A stretch of 64,000 nt of DNA from Phoronis australis (lineage: Eukaryota > Animalia > Phoronida). The notes under the pieces are model-generated. The model did no database searches. It worked only from the letters and a program-made list of their open reading frames with translations, and was not told the DNA's origin. The DNA lies in assembly GCA_002633005.1 (NCBI GenBank), contig NMRA01000283.1:408351-472350 (forward strand), in the 5' to 3' direction. The translations under genes and the position numbers were made by a program. The stretch's first letter is position 1; each line of letters starts with the position of its first letter. Below are positions 12,844 to 24,075 of the stretch, in pieces.

Positions 12844-15800
12844 ATGTAAGTACGTGGTGTCCTGACTGCTTAAAATAGATCAACTTGTATTCCAAAACAG
12901 TTCATTGAGAAATCGTTTTGCATGCAGATTATATCATCAATCTTTCAACTGGAATAGTTGTGATGTGGCCAATAGGTGGCATGCAGACCAGACTTAAAGC
13001 ACTTGTGATTATTATAAGATGTTTGACCTGTTTAATACTACTCTTGTGTGACTTCCATTGATTCAGTTGACATTGAGGCTTTCACTGACATGTTTTGTTT
13101 AATAGTCAAAATGTTAACCTCAGTTATACTGTATACAGTCAATGGATTACATTATGATAAAAATAAACTGGTGGAATACATTGAGCCATGCGATTTTATT
13201 ACTTTTACCAACATGACATTTTTACAGCATGTCTGCAGGACTTGTGAAAATTGTTTAAATTCGACTTTTGCATTAAAAACATGGTCATTACTAATCTCCT
13301 GGTGCCTGTGACTAGTGTATTTGATTTTATTTTATTTCATTGTAAACATTACCATAAAGTTAAAATCTCACGAATACACATATGACTGATAAATGAAATT
13401 TTATCGTATCTTTCTCCAAATTAATTCTCTACTGTTTCCAAGCTCTGTATTATAGCTGCCATGGAGCAATATTTTGAAAAATTGCAGACATTCATAATGC
13501 TGGAGCCCCTTGAGAATTGAAAAGGGACATGTTTGACAATTATTTCTGTCCAAACTTGAGAAGATCCCACGGCAGTCTCTCAGAATGACATTTTAACACC
13601 CACTGTAATTTTTGTGCATCCTGGAATGTTTTCAACTGAAAAGCGTACACAAGTTACTATAACTTAAATTCAACAGGTCTGTATCTCTAGTTGTGAATGC
13701 TGATGATTTCGGCTACAGCGAGATCCGTAACCGTGGTATCGTGGAGTGCTATAAGGCCGGCGGTATCACCAGTGCAACTTTGATGGTAAATGGCTTGGCA
13801 GCAAAGCATGCAGTCTCATTGGCTCAGCAAGCTGGGCTTCCACTTGGTATGTTCATATAGTGGTTATTTATGGTTTTGTATTTTGCTTTATTGTGTTTGG
13901 CAAATAGTCTTTACTAAATTATTGATATAAACCAACCATTTTCATCTTGGTGGCAGTAGCTAACAGTGTTGCCAATCGAGTAGAGATATAACATACTGCC
14001 AGATTTTTCAGTATTCAAATATTCCTAGACTTCAACTATGTACCTGACCTGGTTGACATACACAAAGCATTGAATATAGTTTGGTGTGCACATTCGAGGC
14101 CAGACCAATAGTTTCAATCTCATTTTTGTTGTGGTGGAAACGGAACATGACTGTCGCCTTGGGAGTAAAAATGACATTAGCATCGGGTGTAGCAAAAACG
14201 TCTCAAAATTCAACAATTGACCTATCACAAGTTCCACCCCCTTGCGAAATGTCAACAAACAAACAATAAGTTTTACCTGGTAACATGTTGTTTGTCAGGT
14301 AAAATGGCAGCTTGGAAACGAAGGTGTGTCAAGAATGCGGCGTTGTGATTGGTCAGTTAAGCATCACCCAAAATCCTGGCGATAGGTTAATTGTGAACAT
14401 ATATTATTGAAACTGAGCACAGATAGAATTTGGCACATTTTTGTAATTTATGCAATTTTTGTCTTTCTAGCTCAGTGCCAAATTGCAAACAGCTGGTTAA
14501 AAGTGAATAGTTAGTGGACTTCATTTGAAAATTCAATCTTGACAAATATACTAATAGGGTGCACTGTCAAACTACATTTGTTATTTGAACATTGATACTC
14601 GTACAAATGTATCGAGGTGTCGTCCACAGTATTCAACTACATTTGTCAGTGTGGACTGTGTCCTTGATTCAGTCAACCATGATATTTTTAGTTACAAACA
14701 AGACTTGATCTTCCGCGTGACTGTTTCTTGGCCTTTGCCTATGTTTAACTAAAAATTAGGACTGCTGCTTATAATTGCATGACTTGGCAGTGGGGATAAC
14801 ATGCATCATCATTAGTTTGGACACTTAAAGTTAAAAACGAGTAAGCCTTGCATTACTTAGACATTGCATTTCTCTGGTGCAGAGTGTGTTGAAAATGATA
14901 CGACAATGATTACTGGACAACTTCTTCCCTCATTTTTCGTATTGTCTAAAAATACTCTTTGTGTGCAGATCACATCTGTATAATAGCTCCCCGAGCGACA
15001 TCGTTAAAAGAATAAACGATAGAAAATTGTTTTAAAAATTATATTAAATCGCAGTACTTCGAAGTGTCTCTCTGTGCCAGAGAGGCACTGCTGCCGAGTT
15101 ATACTAAATTGCATTTCTCTGAGTATTAACAAACCACAAGTATTTGCTTTGATACTAACATGAATAATATATATTCTTTGGCTGATTCCAGGTCTCCATC
15201 TCAACCTAACAGAGGGAGATCCTGTTTCGCTTGAAAATAAAGGGACGTCTTTTATCAATAAGGATGGAAAGCTGCTGGGAAAGTTTGACCTGCGGGAGGC
15301 AATACTGAATGAAACCATTCCTTTTGTTTGTGTAAGTTTTAGATTTCTGTTTTAATGATGTTTTGTGTGGAAGCACCTGTTAAATGCAATATGATATTGT
15401 TATTATGTTGAATCGGAAAACTCAGTTTTTGTTTGTTATGTGTTTGAAGATTCCATTTTGATGATACATAGGTTATTGTCTCCATTGTCAACTAAAATTA
15501 AACCTCGTCCTGTGGGAATCGATGTCTGCAGAAATTGTTACATATTTGTCAATAATAGCACAAGGGTTTAAGGACAGCATACGCTGTTCTTTAGGATGCC
15601 ATTCATGTGACTTTCTCATTTCAGATAAAGAATGAAATTGAGGCTCAGCTAGAGAAGTTTCATGAATTGACTGGGTCTTACCCCAGTCATGTTGATGGCC
15701 ATCACCATATACACACATTTCCTGGTGAGCAATGGGTAACTTGAATGCCACTGGGTTGCATTATTGAGACAACAGTTCTTCTCAACACATACATTCAAAT

Positions 15801-17422
15801 AGTGACAGGAGGGTCTTGCTATTTTTTTCTTGTGATTGATTTATTTGTCAACAATTCAGAGTGTCACTAATAGGCCATGCTTCATCAATAACTTTAGAGT
15901 TCCAGTTGTGGGTACAGACAGTTGTGAGCAAACAGGTCGAGTTATCTTTTTATGTTTGTAAAAATTCACCCTCTTGATGCATATTGTATTAGGTGACCTC
16001 ATTCAAAAGCCGAGTAAATTTATAACATGAAATTTTTGCAGAAAATCCACAACATGTTTGAAAAAAACGGTGAAATAGTGTTAAAAGTTTAAATTTGCAG
16101 CCATACGAGTCTAGTATATGTTATTGGTAATATCATCATTCTTATGATAAAAAGACAGTCCGTGTCATTTAACTGCATGTACAATTGTTTTTTCTTCTAT
16201 TGGAAATGTACAGTTTTAAGCATATAAACTTAATAAGCTTACTCATTTCAGGTGTTTGTGAGGAATTTGCACGTGCACTGAAGAAGTACAAAGTGTTTTC
16301 AACTCGCCTGCCCCTTGATGTCGACTTCGAAGGTCACGAATGGCAGGATACTCATCAGGAGCAGTTCATGTCTGACATTCGAACACAATCCATTGAGTGC
16401 AAGGAGTTGTTCAGGAAATATGGAATCAGGTCAGAAGATGTTTTGAATCTGTATTCACTGAGCTTTCAGAGGCCCGAAGATCTATTACTTTGAACTAAGA
16501 GAAAGCAACGTTTTGTTTGATATGCCAAAATGCTGATTATTAGCTTTGTCGTGGAAAGGATATCGTAGACTAGAGGAGTTAAAATGGCCGATTTTAGAAC
16601 CTGATGTCTCCAGAAGTATGCGAAATCTGAGCAACACTTGCCCCTGAAACAACTATGTCCCAACAAACATGTCTCACAGGTTGTACACCTAGGTTGTACA
16701 CCAGTTATGGTCACAGCAGTATCAAGTTAGTTATTTTCAAGAACAGAGCATTGTTTATCAAGTGAAATCGTTATTTCATGGAGTCTAATCCACAGAACTT
16801 GTTCATTTTGCCAGGTAACTACAGCAAATGAACGGTTCCGTTCTATCAGTGTTCAGTTCTGGTACTGAGTCAGTATAATTCTGGACATTGTTATAGAGTA
16901 AGTTGTGAACTGTTATGTGAGTAGGTATATGTATTGCCTGGGTTTGCATACTTGCTCATGTTTGTTTTGGTTTTGTGTTCATAATGTATGCAAAATCACA
17001 GTATTTAGACGTTTAAGAGTTTAAAACCAAATTTCATAGAAATAGAAGAAAGAATTCATAATTCTTGGTGAAGCATGTAATATGTTTTTATGACTTTCAG
17101 GTTCACTGAAAAATTCATGGGAATAACCTTAATGGGTTCTGACATGTCGGTTCATAAAATACAGAACATATTGGCAGAAATGGTGACTCGTACCAAGTCT
17201 TCATCTGGGTTAGAGGCTATGACCTGTGAACTCATGGTGCACCCTGGATATCCAGGGCCTGTTGAAAATGCAGGTTGTGGTGCAGGAGCAGACGACTTCT
17301 CTATGTCACCTGACAGGAAGTATGAAATGGACATACTGATGACTGACAGCTTAAGGATGTTTTACAAAGACAAAAAAATAGAACTCTGCTCTTTTCAACA
17401 AATTTATGGTAGAGTTCAATAA
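12844..17422 (+). CDS. YDJC: YdjC/ChbG-family carbohydrate deacetylase
   Basis: Exons: [AT 12844-12845], 13677-13846 (SVSLVVNADDFGYSEIRNRGI...SATLMVNG...GLPLG), 15192-15331 (LHLNLTEGDP), 15625-15724 (EIEAQLEKF...SHVDGHHHIH), 16252-16429, 17101-17422 (ELMVHPGYP...DDFSMSPDRKYE). Family motifs ADDFG, LHLNL, DGHxH and HPG are intact. 303 aa with the split start codon. Confidence 0.93.
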
Positions 17423-17548
17423 TGGTAGAACCTCGCTAGAAAAGCAAGACTTTACAAGACTATGTGAGATATTGCTGTGTATTTTAAATGAGAACACGTG
17501 ATTTTTGCTGGATTTTTCTAGCCACCAGGCAGCTACTGAAAACTACCC
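17407..17548. mobile_element. About 140-bp MITE overlapping the YDJC stop codon
   Basis: Ends TGGTAGAGTTCAATA / TACTGAAAACTACCC form imperfect inverted repeats. The block is absent from the second YDJC copy, and its internal sequence recurs at about 48607-48665. Confidence 0.65.
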
Positions 17549-17789
17549 TGGTGTAAATGAAGATTGATATTTTAACGAAAAGTTTATAAAATGTTTCTAG
17601 GTGCATTCTGTGACTGAATGGTCAATCATTAAAATGTTGTTTAATGTTATGGTGACTATGCAAACACAACAAACACTATTTAAGAAATAAAATTTTGAAA
17701 GAGTATTGTAATACTGTATGTTAGATAGCATAAAAAATACTTTTAGAGTTTAGTGAGACATTCAGGAGCAAGTTTGATTTTGGTTTTAT

Positions 17790-17833
17790 CATATATATAT
17801 ACATATACATATATATATATATACATATATATA
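17790..17833. repeat. (TA)n/(TACA) microsatellite
   Basis: Directly visible; abuts the polymerase fragment. Confidence 0.9.
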
Positions 17834-17909
17834 CTGTCTATATAAACAGCACTTGTGCAAAAACAAGATCATCAACTCTATCAAAGCTTAAAACATTACT
17901 ATGAGACAG

Positions 17910-18440
17910 AAAATTACATTTCAGAGGTCCAGTGGTGACGCTGTGGAACACTTGTCTTTTGGGACAAAAGTAGGTGAATGCACACCTCTCTTGCAGATAG
18001 GTATACATGTTGTTATCGCGACCTAACCCGAAAGCCTTTGTTGAGGGCCGAGCTACTCTTCGTCGTTTGCAACACTTTGAGATAACTCCCTTTGTCACTT
18101 TCATTTCTCTGCCGTTGTACTCCTTTACAGCTAAAATGAGATTTGCTGTGGTCGGCCCACACATAATACGTTTTAGGGCAAAGCTGATGCAGTAGTCTCC
18201 TTCGAATTCTAACTTCAATAAGCCAGGCATGTGCGTGTCGTAGGACTCGTTCTCTTCCTTGTCTGTTCGCGGAAACCATAGTTGTTTTTCCCTCTCAAAA
18301 GCTGCTCGCATGTCGGTTTTAATCACGTCCTCTAGACAGTTACCGGATATAGCCATGTACGCCGAGTCTGTGAAAATCTCGCTATTTTCGAGATCGGATC
18401 TGTCCACGAATCTTAACATGAAGTCCTAGTAAAACTTAAA
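17910..18440 (-). pseudogene. Decayed C-terminal part of a Polinton/Maverick/adintovirus-type family B DNA polymerase
   Basis: Stitched across frames: FKFY*DFMLRFVDRSDLENSEIFTDSAYMAISG...WFPR...PGLLKLEFEGD / LCPKTYY...FSCKGV...YLKVLQT...NKGFR / RDNNMYTYLQERCAFTYFCPKRQV...TTGPL. The catalytic DTDS is degraded to FTDS; one stop and two frameshifts; no introns. Confidence 0.8.
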
Positions 18441-19162
18441 CGTCCCACGGTCTGTACACTTGACACCACAAGTGGTAACACCAAATAAACGCTAATGGGC
18501 ATGTATTTCGCATAATTTTCAGAATAAACGCCCATTGGCGTTTCATTGGGTGGGCTCATCTTCGGAAATCCCGGTAGTATGTTATTTGATAAGTTATCGA
18601 AAATGGCGCTACGGCTGGAGCTGAAGAGCTATCAGAGGCCATGCTATTCCCCATGTATCCAGGGTCACGGGTCGGTGCGTACCATGCAGTTGGTTGACCA
18701 GACTTTCCCTAGGTTAGTCATGTTTCAGTCATGTTTAAGACACATTTTAGGACGAGAAATCTCGGTGTTTCAAGGTCTAATATTAGAACGTTGCCACTCC
18801 ATTCGTAGTTGTATGCGCAATGGTTCTGAAAACTCAAAAACGTAAACGAAGTGCAGAGACAATTAACCTTCGCAAATTAATAAAAAGTCCATTTGTTTTG
18901 GTTTCCAAAAATAATTCTTTTTCGAAAAGTGTTTAGAATTTAAACCAATAATCTTGTTCCAAAACAAGAAACAAACGCAGTTCTTGTCATTTAAATTTTG
19001 GGGCACCCTCTGCATAATTGTTCGAGTAACAAGAGTCCAGTTTTAAAACTGAGAACAAGATTTGGTTGGTTTACAACTGAAACGTCATAATCCATGACAA
19101 CACTGCCGATGGTGATAATTGCAATTTAATTATTGCATTTTAATTCAGTATTGCCGTTACTG

Positions 19163-19190
19163 GTGTTGTTGTTGTTGTTGTTGTTGTTGT
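19163..19190. repeat. (GTT)n microsatellite
   Basis: Directly visible. Confidence 0.9.
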
Positions 19191-19491
19191 CTATATGAGG
19201 TTTAATGTTCTTGTTTGTGGTTCATATCAGTGTTATCTCATTTGAATGTCCCTTCCTACAAGCAATCGGGACCCATGGAGCATATAACGTTGGTGATAGT
19301 GTTAGGGATAGCAGTGGGAGCGAGGCCTTATTCAAGTCTGTCTTGTTGGTTAGATTGCGCTAGCTTTGTTAAAACCTAAGATGATCAAGCGCATTACAGT
19401 ACTACACATAGAAATAATGAGTAGGATATTTTACATTAAAAGTCTTGAAAAATAGTCTGTAAACTCTAAGCCTTTTGAGATTGAACACGTG

Positions 19492-20124
19492 TCAATCCAT
19501 TGGCGGAGGTCCACTGAAACAGCAAAGGAGCCGGCAGCCTTTTCTCTTTGGACGTTTGCAACTGAACCTCGTTTTCAGCCTTTGCAAAAATCCTTCGCGT
19601 TGACTGGTATCAGATTTGTCAGCCTCACTCTCAGGTTTGGGAATGTAGCATGGTATAACTTCTTCCATCTGGTCCTGTAGTCGATCCTCGTCCGAGAGGT
19701 GCCACGCAGAAGCGGTTACACTACTGAATTGGAAGGTTTTTATTTTTACGCCTTCAAATAAGAAAGAAACTTGCTTGCCAGTTACACCGTTGAAGTCAGG
19801 AAAACTGAAGCATTCCGGTTGCATCATTGAATCTGTATTGCCGGTGTCAGACTTGGCGAGGTCGTGGGTGTATTCTATTCCTGGTCCACGGTTCAATTCC
19901 CTGATACTTCTTTCGTCTTCACTTTCTTCGTTATTTACTTCCATAGTCATTCTCTCATGCTGAATCAGCTCAACTGCCTGCAAAAGTACCATTTCCACGA
20001 AGACGTCAATGACAGCCTGCTCAACTGTGGCCTCCACAAACGCTTCTATCTCATCTTTCTCCTCGCAGCTCTTATCAGAGGCTAAACCTGTACCTAACAT
20101 GCTATGATGTCTGGTAGACAACAC
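19492..20124 (-). CDS. Orphan intronless ORF (up to 210 aa; first ATG at about 20100), unknown function, possibly cargo of the Polinton-like element
   Basis: Longest non-N ORF in the window; acidic helical N-half and a basic/Cys-rich C-terminus (RPKRKGCRLLCCF); co-oriented with the polB relic. No family recognised. Confidence 0.4.
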   Translation of the reverse strand: MLSTRHHSMLGTGLASDKSCEEKDEIEAFVEATVEQAVIDVFVEMVLLQAVELIQHERMTMEVNNEESEDERSIRELNRGPGIEYTHDLAKSDTGNTDSMMQPECFSFPDFNGVTGKQVSFLFEGVKIKTFQFSSVTASAWHLSDEDRLQDQMEEVIPCYIPKPESEADKSDTSQREGFLQRLKTRFSCKRPKRKGCRLLCCFSGPPPMD

Positions 20125-20272
20125 CTCCGGCTGGGGCTTTCGTAACTCCGGAGAGGTCCTGTGTGACTTCCGCCTCTGGCTCTTTGGTGCACCGTGTGCT
20201 TTTCTTGCTTACGCTCTCTTTTTTTATTATGCTCCACGGCCTCCGAAACAACAGTCTCAACGTACACCTCAA

Positions 20273-20464
20273 CTACGGCCTTCTATATGACGGTCTCCAC
20301 AAATGATTGAACTGCGTCTTTTTCCCAGGGGTTTGTGTCGCCGTCTTCTGTGTGGCGCATACTGACAGCAAATGACAAATACACATGTTTACCAGGGCAC
20401 CCACCATAGCCACTGCTGTTGTACTGGTAATAATTTTCAAAATCTCGTCTCTAAATTCATCCAT
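20273..20464 (-). CDS. Small ORF with one hydrophobic segment, unknown
   Basis: MDEFRDEILKIITSTTAVAMVGALVNMCICHLLSVC...; ATG start, co-oriented just upstream of the 210-aa ORF. Confidence 0.25.
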   Translation of the reverse strand: MDEFRDEILKIITSTTAVAMVGALVNMCICHLLSVCATQKTATQTPGKKTQFNHLWRPSYRRP

Positions 20465-22189
20465 TCTGCTATCTCCTTCTGTACTGAAACAACGTCAACT
20501 ACTATATGACGTATGCAAAGTATCAATCACGTCATCGTTAGCGCATCGTCTGTCTTGTGTTTGTCAGAATACTAATAACGCAGCGTGCTCACACTGCATT
20601 ATTCAAGGACATCGTAAGTCAATAAAATACGGCAGCAGGGCTGACGCATACATAGCCATAGACCAGGAGAACCGTCGAATTCCATGTTCCATTGCGAGTG
20701 GATATCTTTCATATAATGCAAAAATATTTTGTAATTGTAACGCAGCGCTTTAACTAGTTAATTACGACAACCGTGGAAGATTGGCGTGGACATTTCGTGT
20801 TAGACTAGGTATCGATATTTCCTTCATAAGCACGTATTGAATTAGTAGCATGTACATGGTGCAAATAGCGTCTCTGGGATACAGTGACATTTCAAATGTG
20901 CTAAACTAATTACTCCGACTATCTTCCGAAAGTTACAGGGGTTTCTGGTAGATAGAAATAGGCAAGCATCAATTGCGTAGCTTTGAAATATACTTACAGG
21001 ATAGTAGAAATTAATTACATTTCTTCATAAAGTAAAAATTAGTGATACTGATGCATGTATTGTGTGTCATGGTAAACCAAAGACAGTGGGACACATTTTT
21101 ACGATTGTTATGTTACTAAATAAAGTAGATCGGAAAAATAACAATATTTGTAACAAAGAGACAATTGTTGAAACATCTGTTGCATAGTTGCCAACATTCG
21201 AAAATGAAAAACGGTACAACTAGATTGAAAAGCGGGACTCTTCGAGAAAAAGCGGCCCTATGAAAAGTGGATCTATGTCAAAATGCAAGGATGTAACGTT
21301 GCGTTCCTTCAAAACACTATCGGGACATTTAATTTGGGACATTTAACAATTTACTGTTGGTACGAATAACGGTGTCTAAGCGTTTTGATGATTTTTGTAG
21401 TGTATTGGAATGTACTGTTATTAATACATGTTTAAAAAATATTAAGTTTATTAATATCCCCTCACGGGTTTAAAGGCGACATCTGTTGTTGAGAGATGAG
21501 AACAATATACTACGACGACACGTGGAGCACGCGAAATAAGGTAATACCCCTTTTGTTCTTATTCAGCACAATAATCTCTGTTTTGTTTCCGCTTTCGATC
21601 AGTTGAACAGACACAACGTAAATTTTTTACAACATCCGGGCGGTGGACGTTGCCACGCCCTAACCTTCTTGATGACGTCAGCAGTCACGTGATTTCTGTA
21701 ACATGATGAGCTCATTATGCACTTCCCGTATTTGTTTAGACTGACTGTCAGAGTAATTAACCATGGCAACCACATTAATTAGTCTTGGCCACCAACATTA
21801 TGTGCATGCTAGTAGCTGTGTAGCCTCAGTCACGCTTTGTACATCATACTGTTCAGTTCATTTAATAGATACCTATATCTATATAGAAGCAAGTCTTTTT
21901 TGCCTTTGTCTTGATAGTACACAAAATATTACAATTTCCAATTCGACTTTCGGGCTTACCGACGTCTTACACGTATGACCTTGGATCGAGGTCCCTCTCT
22001 AACGGGTCCAATCAAACCTATTACGTTATGAGGTGTAACGTCATTGACACTTCCCTCCGGTAGGCGAATGATGTCCCTTTCCGTTGCATTCATCAGTCAC
22101 CCGTGACCTTTCCTTTCGGATTTCTGACCCTTGACCGATCGGCGGAGCCGGAAAAACGAAGCGCATAAACAACTTACTATACTACTTTT

Positions 22190-22832
22190 AATAAATTGTT
22201 TATTTGAAAATCAGCAGCCAGTCCAGGAATTTTTGGTATATTTAAACTCGAGGCATCATTACTTGAAATTCAGTATAGAATTACAGGTGGACAACGTATT
22301 GCCATTCTTGGACGTGTTAGTTGAACGGGAGGATACCTAGCTTAAGTGGCAACATCAGATTTCATAAGAAGACCTGCACAGGGCTGTACACCGCTTGCTT
22401 TCATAGCTTTACATCTTTTGTTTACAAGATGGGTCTCATTAAAACTCTAACAGACAAGGTATACCGCTTTAACAACACTTGGCCTCAATTTGCATGATGT
22501 TAAAGAACTTACATCAAAGTCGCAAAAGAATGGCTATCCCTTAGAACTAGTCAATAAGGTAGTGAAAGCAAGACTGCAACGTAACCCTGATGATATTCGT
22601 TCTGTAAACAAAACTAACTACAAGTATTTTAAAATACCCTGTGTTGCCTTGCTCAACGAAAACGAAACAAATTGGTGAATTATTACTGTTTTGACCAAAG
22701 AGTTGTATTAACATTCAAGTCTCTAAAACTGTCTAATTTATTTAACCCTAAAGACAAAATTCCTGTAGGTTTACGGTCCATGGTAGGGTACAAATTAATT
22801 GTGCTGGATGTGGCTTCAGTTATATGGGCGAA
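22190..22832 (+). mobile_element. Penelope-like retroelement relic (RT C-terminus to start of GIY-YIG endonuclease)
   Basis: Broken frames read FLVYLNSRHHYLKFSIE...LPFLDVLV, GLIKTLTDKVYR, KNGYPLELV, LSNLFNPKDKIP..LRSMVGYKLNCAGCGFSYMGE; these are typical PLE RT-thumb and GIY-YIG motifs. Multiple stops and frameshifts. Confidence 0.85.
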
Positions 22833-23255
22833 AGTGTTCTGGAAATTTAATTTTCAACTTTGGAAGCCGACTAACCCGGCTGGTTTATGGTTATGTCTCC
22901 AGTCTGGCCGCCGCAGCGACGGTTCTTATCGGGTTCCGCCGAGCCACTGGGTTACAACGAGCATTTTATGTGTTTAAAACTGAAAAAATCGTAAGTCTAA
23001 AATTAGAACACCTGGCTATGCTTTCCTGTCTGTATTTTGCGGATGAATAATTTACCACCGGACAGATCCAAACTTCCGGCCGCGACGGGTCTCGGTAAGT
23101 TGGCCTACCGAACTTTGTAGACATCGGTTGGCGTTCAAAATTTCTATAAACTGTAACAGTGAGATAAAACAACTCGTTTTTTAAAAACCTCAATGTATTT
23201 GTAAGGGTTTTGCATCGAATTTTGATGATTTTTTTGGTGTAAAGTAATGAAGTCA

Positions 23256-23592
23256 AGTGGCGGATCTAGGATACCATAAAGGGGGGGCCAACATGTTGCC
23301 TCGGGGAATTGGGCAAAGCGCGAGTGTATGTGTGCACAAGTCTCCCGAAAGTTGAGGGAGCCGGGCATGTAGACCTTCTGTCCAGAAAATCTATCGGTGG
23401 ACTAGAAAAATAAAAAATAACAATACGGGAACACGATTCCGCAGCGATCTGGGGTTTGAGCCCCCCCCCCTCATCCGCTACCGATCCTGGAACTCAATAT
23501 TTCCTCATCTTCACGCTGTTGCTGTTTCATTTTTCTTTCGGAAGCCAAAGGCGGGGTGCCGGGCCCNGCCCCCCCCCCTCTAAATCCGCCTA
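23256..23592. mobile_element. G/C-tract MITE (AGTGGCGGATCTAGG...CTAAATCCGCC)
   Basis: Terminal inverted repeats with poly-G/poly-C subterminal tracts. Related ends at 29461-29476 (gap edge) and 57497-57655. Confidence 0.7.
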
Positions 23593-23868
23593 TGCATATG
23601 CTGACACCAGTAAGCGTGTTATGAACTGCTGAACAGACTATGTTAGAACCGATGACGTCATTGGTTAATTTCAGTAAGGAGTGTAGTACTACACTCCTTG
23701 ATTTCACTAACACCTCCATCTGCCGTCTGGTGTCAAGTAGAGCTGAACTTGATATTATCAACCGGAGTGAAACTACTCGATCTAAATTGATACAAAATAC
23801 GTTATTTTTGGTGCCATGCACCCTCATTAAGCATCTTGTTATTGTTCCCGGAAATAGGTCTTCACAGG

Positions 23869-24075
23869 GGTGTCCTTTTATCTTGTTTTCAGTTTACCTA
23901 AGCTTTCCTCATGTGATTTGACTTTCTAGACGTGTCCTTTTATCTTGTTTTCAGTTTATATTTTCCCGAGATTTTCTCGTGTGATTTACTTTCCAGGTGT
24001 GTCCTTTTATCTCGTTTACATTTTGCCTAAGTTTTCTTCAAGTCACTTGGACTTGCGCTTTATCTTGTTTACATT
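23869..24075. repeat. Diverged tandem repeat, about 62-67 bp x 3-4
   Basis: Recurring GTGTCCTTTTATCTTGTTTTCAGTTTA...TCGTGTGATTT units. Confidence 0.8.

Noticed and set aside
15004-17334. Minus-strand ORFs over YDJC exons (and their plus-strand mirrors at 29680-31823)
   Set aside because: Antisense shadows of real exons; their similarity between copies follows from the duplication.
13677-17422. YDJC as a recent horizontal transfer from bacteria
   Set aside because: YDJC is a normal animal gene, has spliceosomal introns here, and carries the animal-type GCG.G.DDFS segment.
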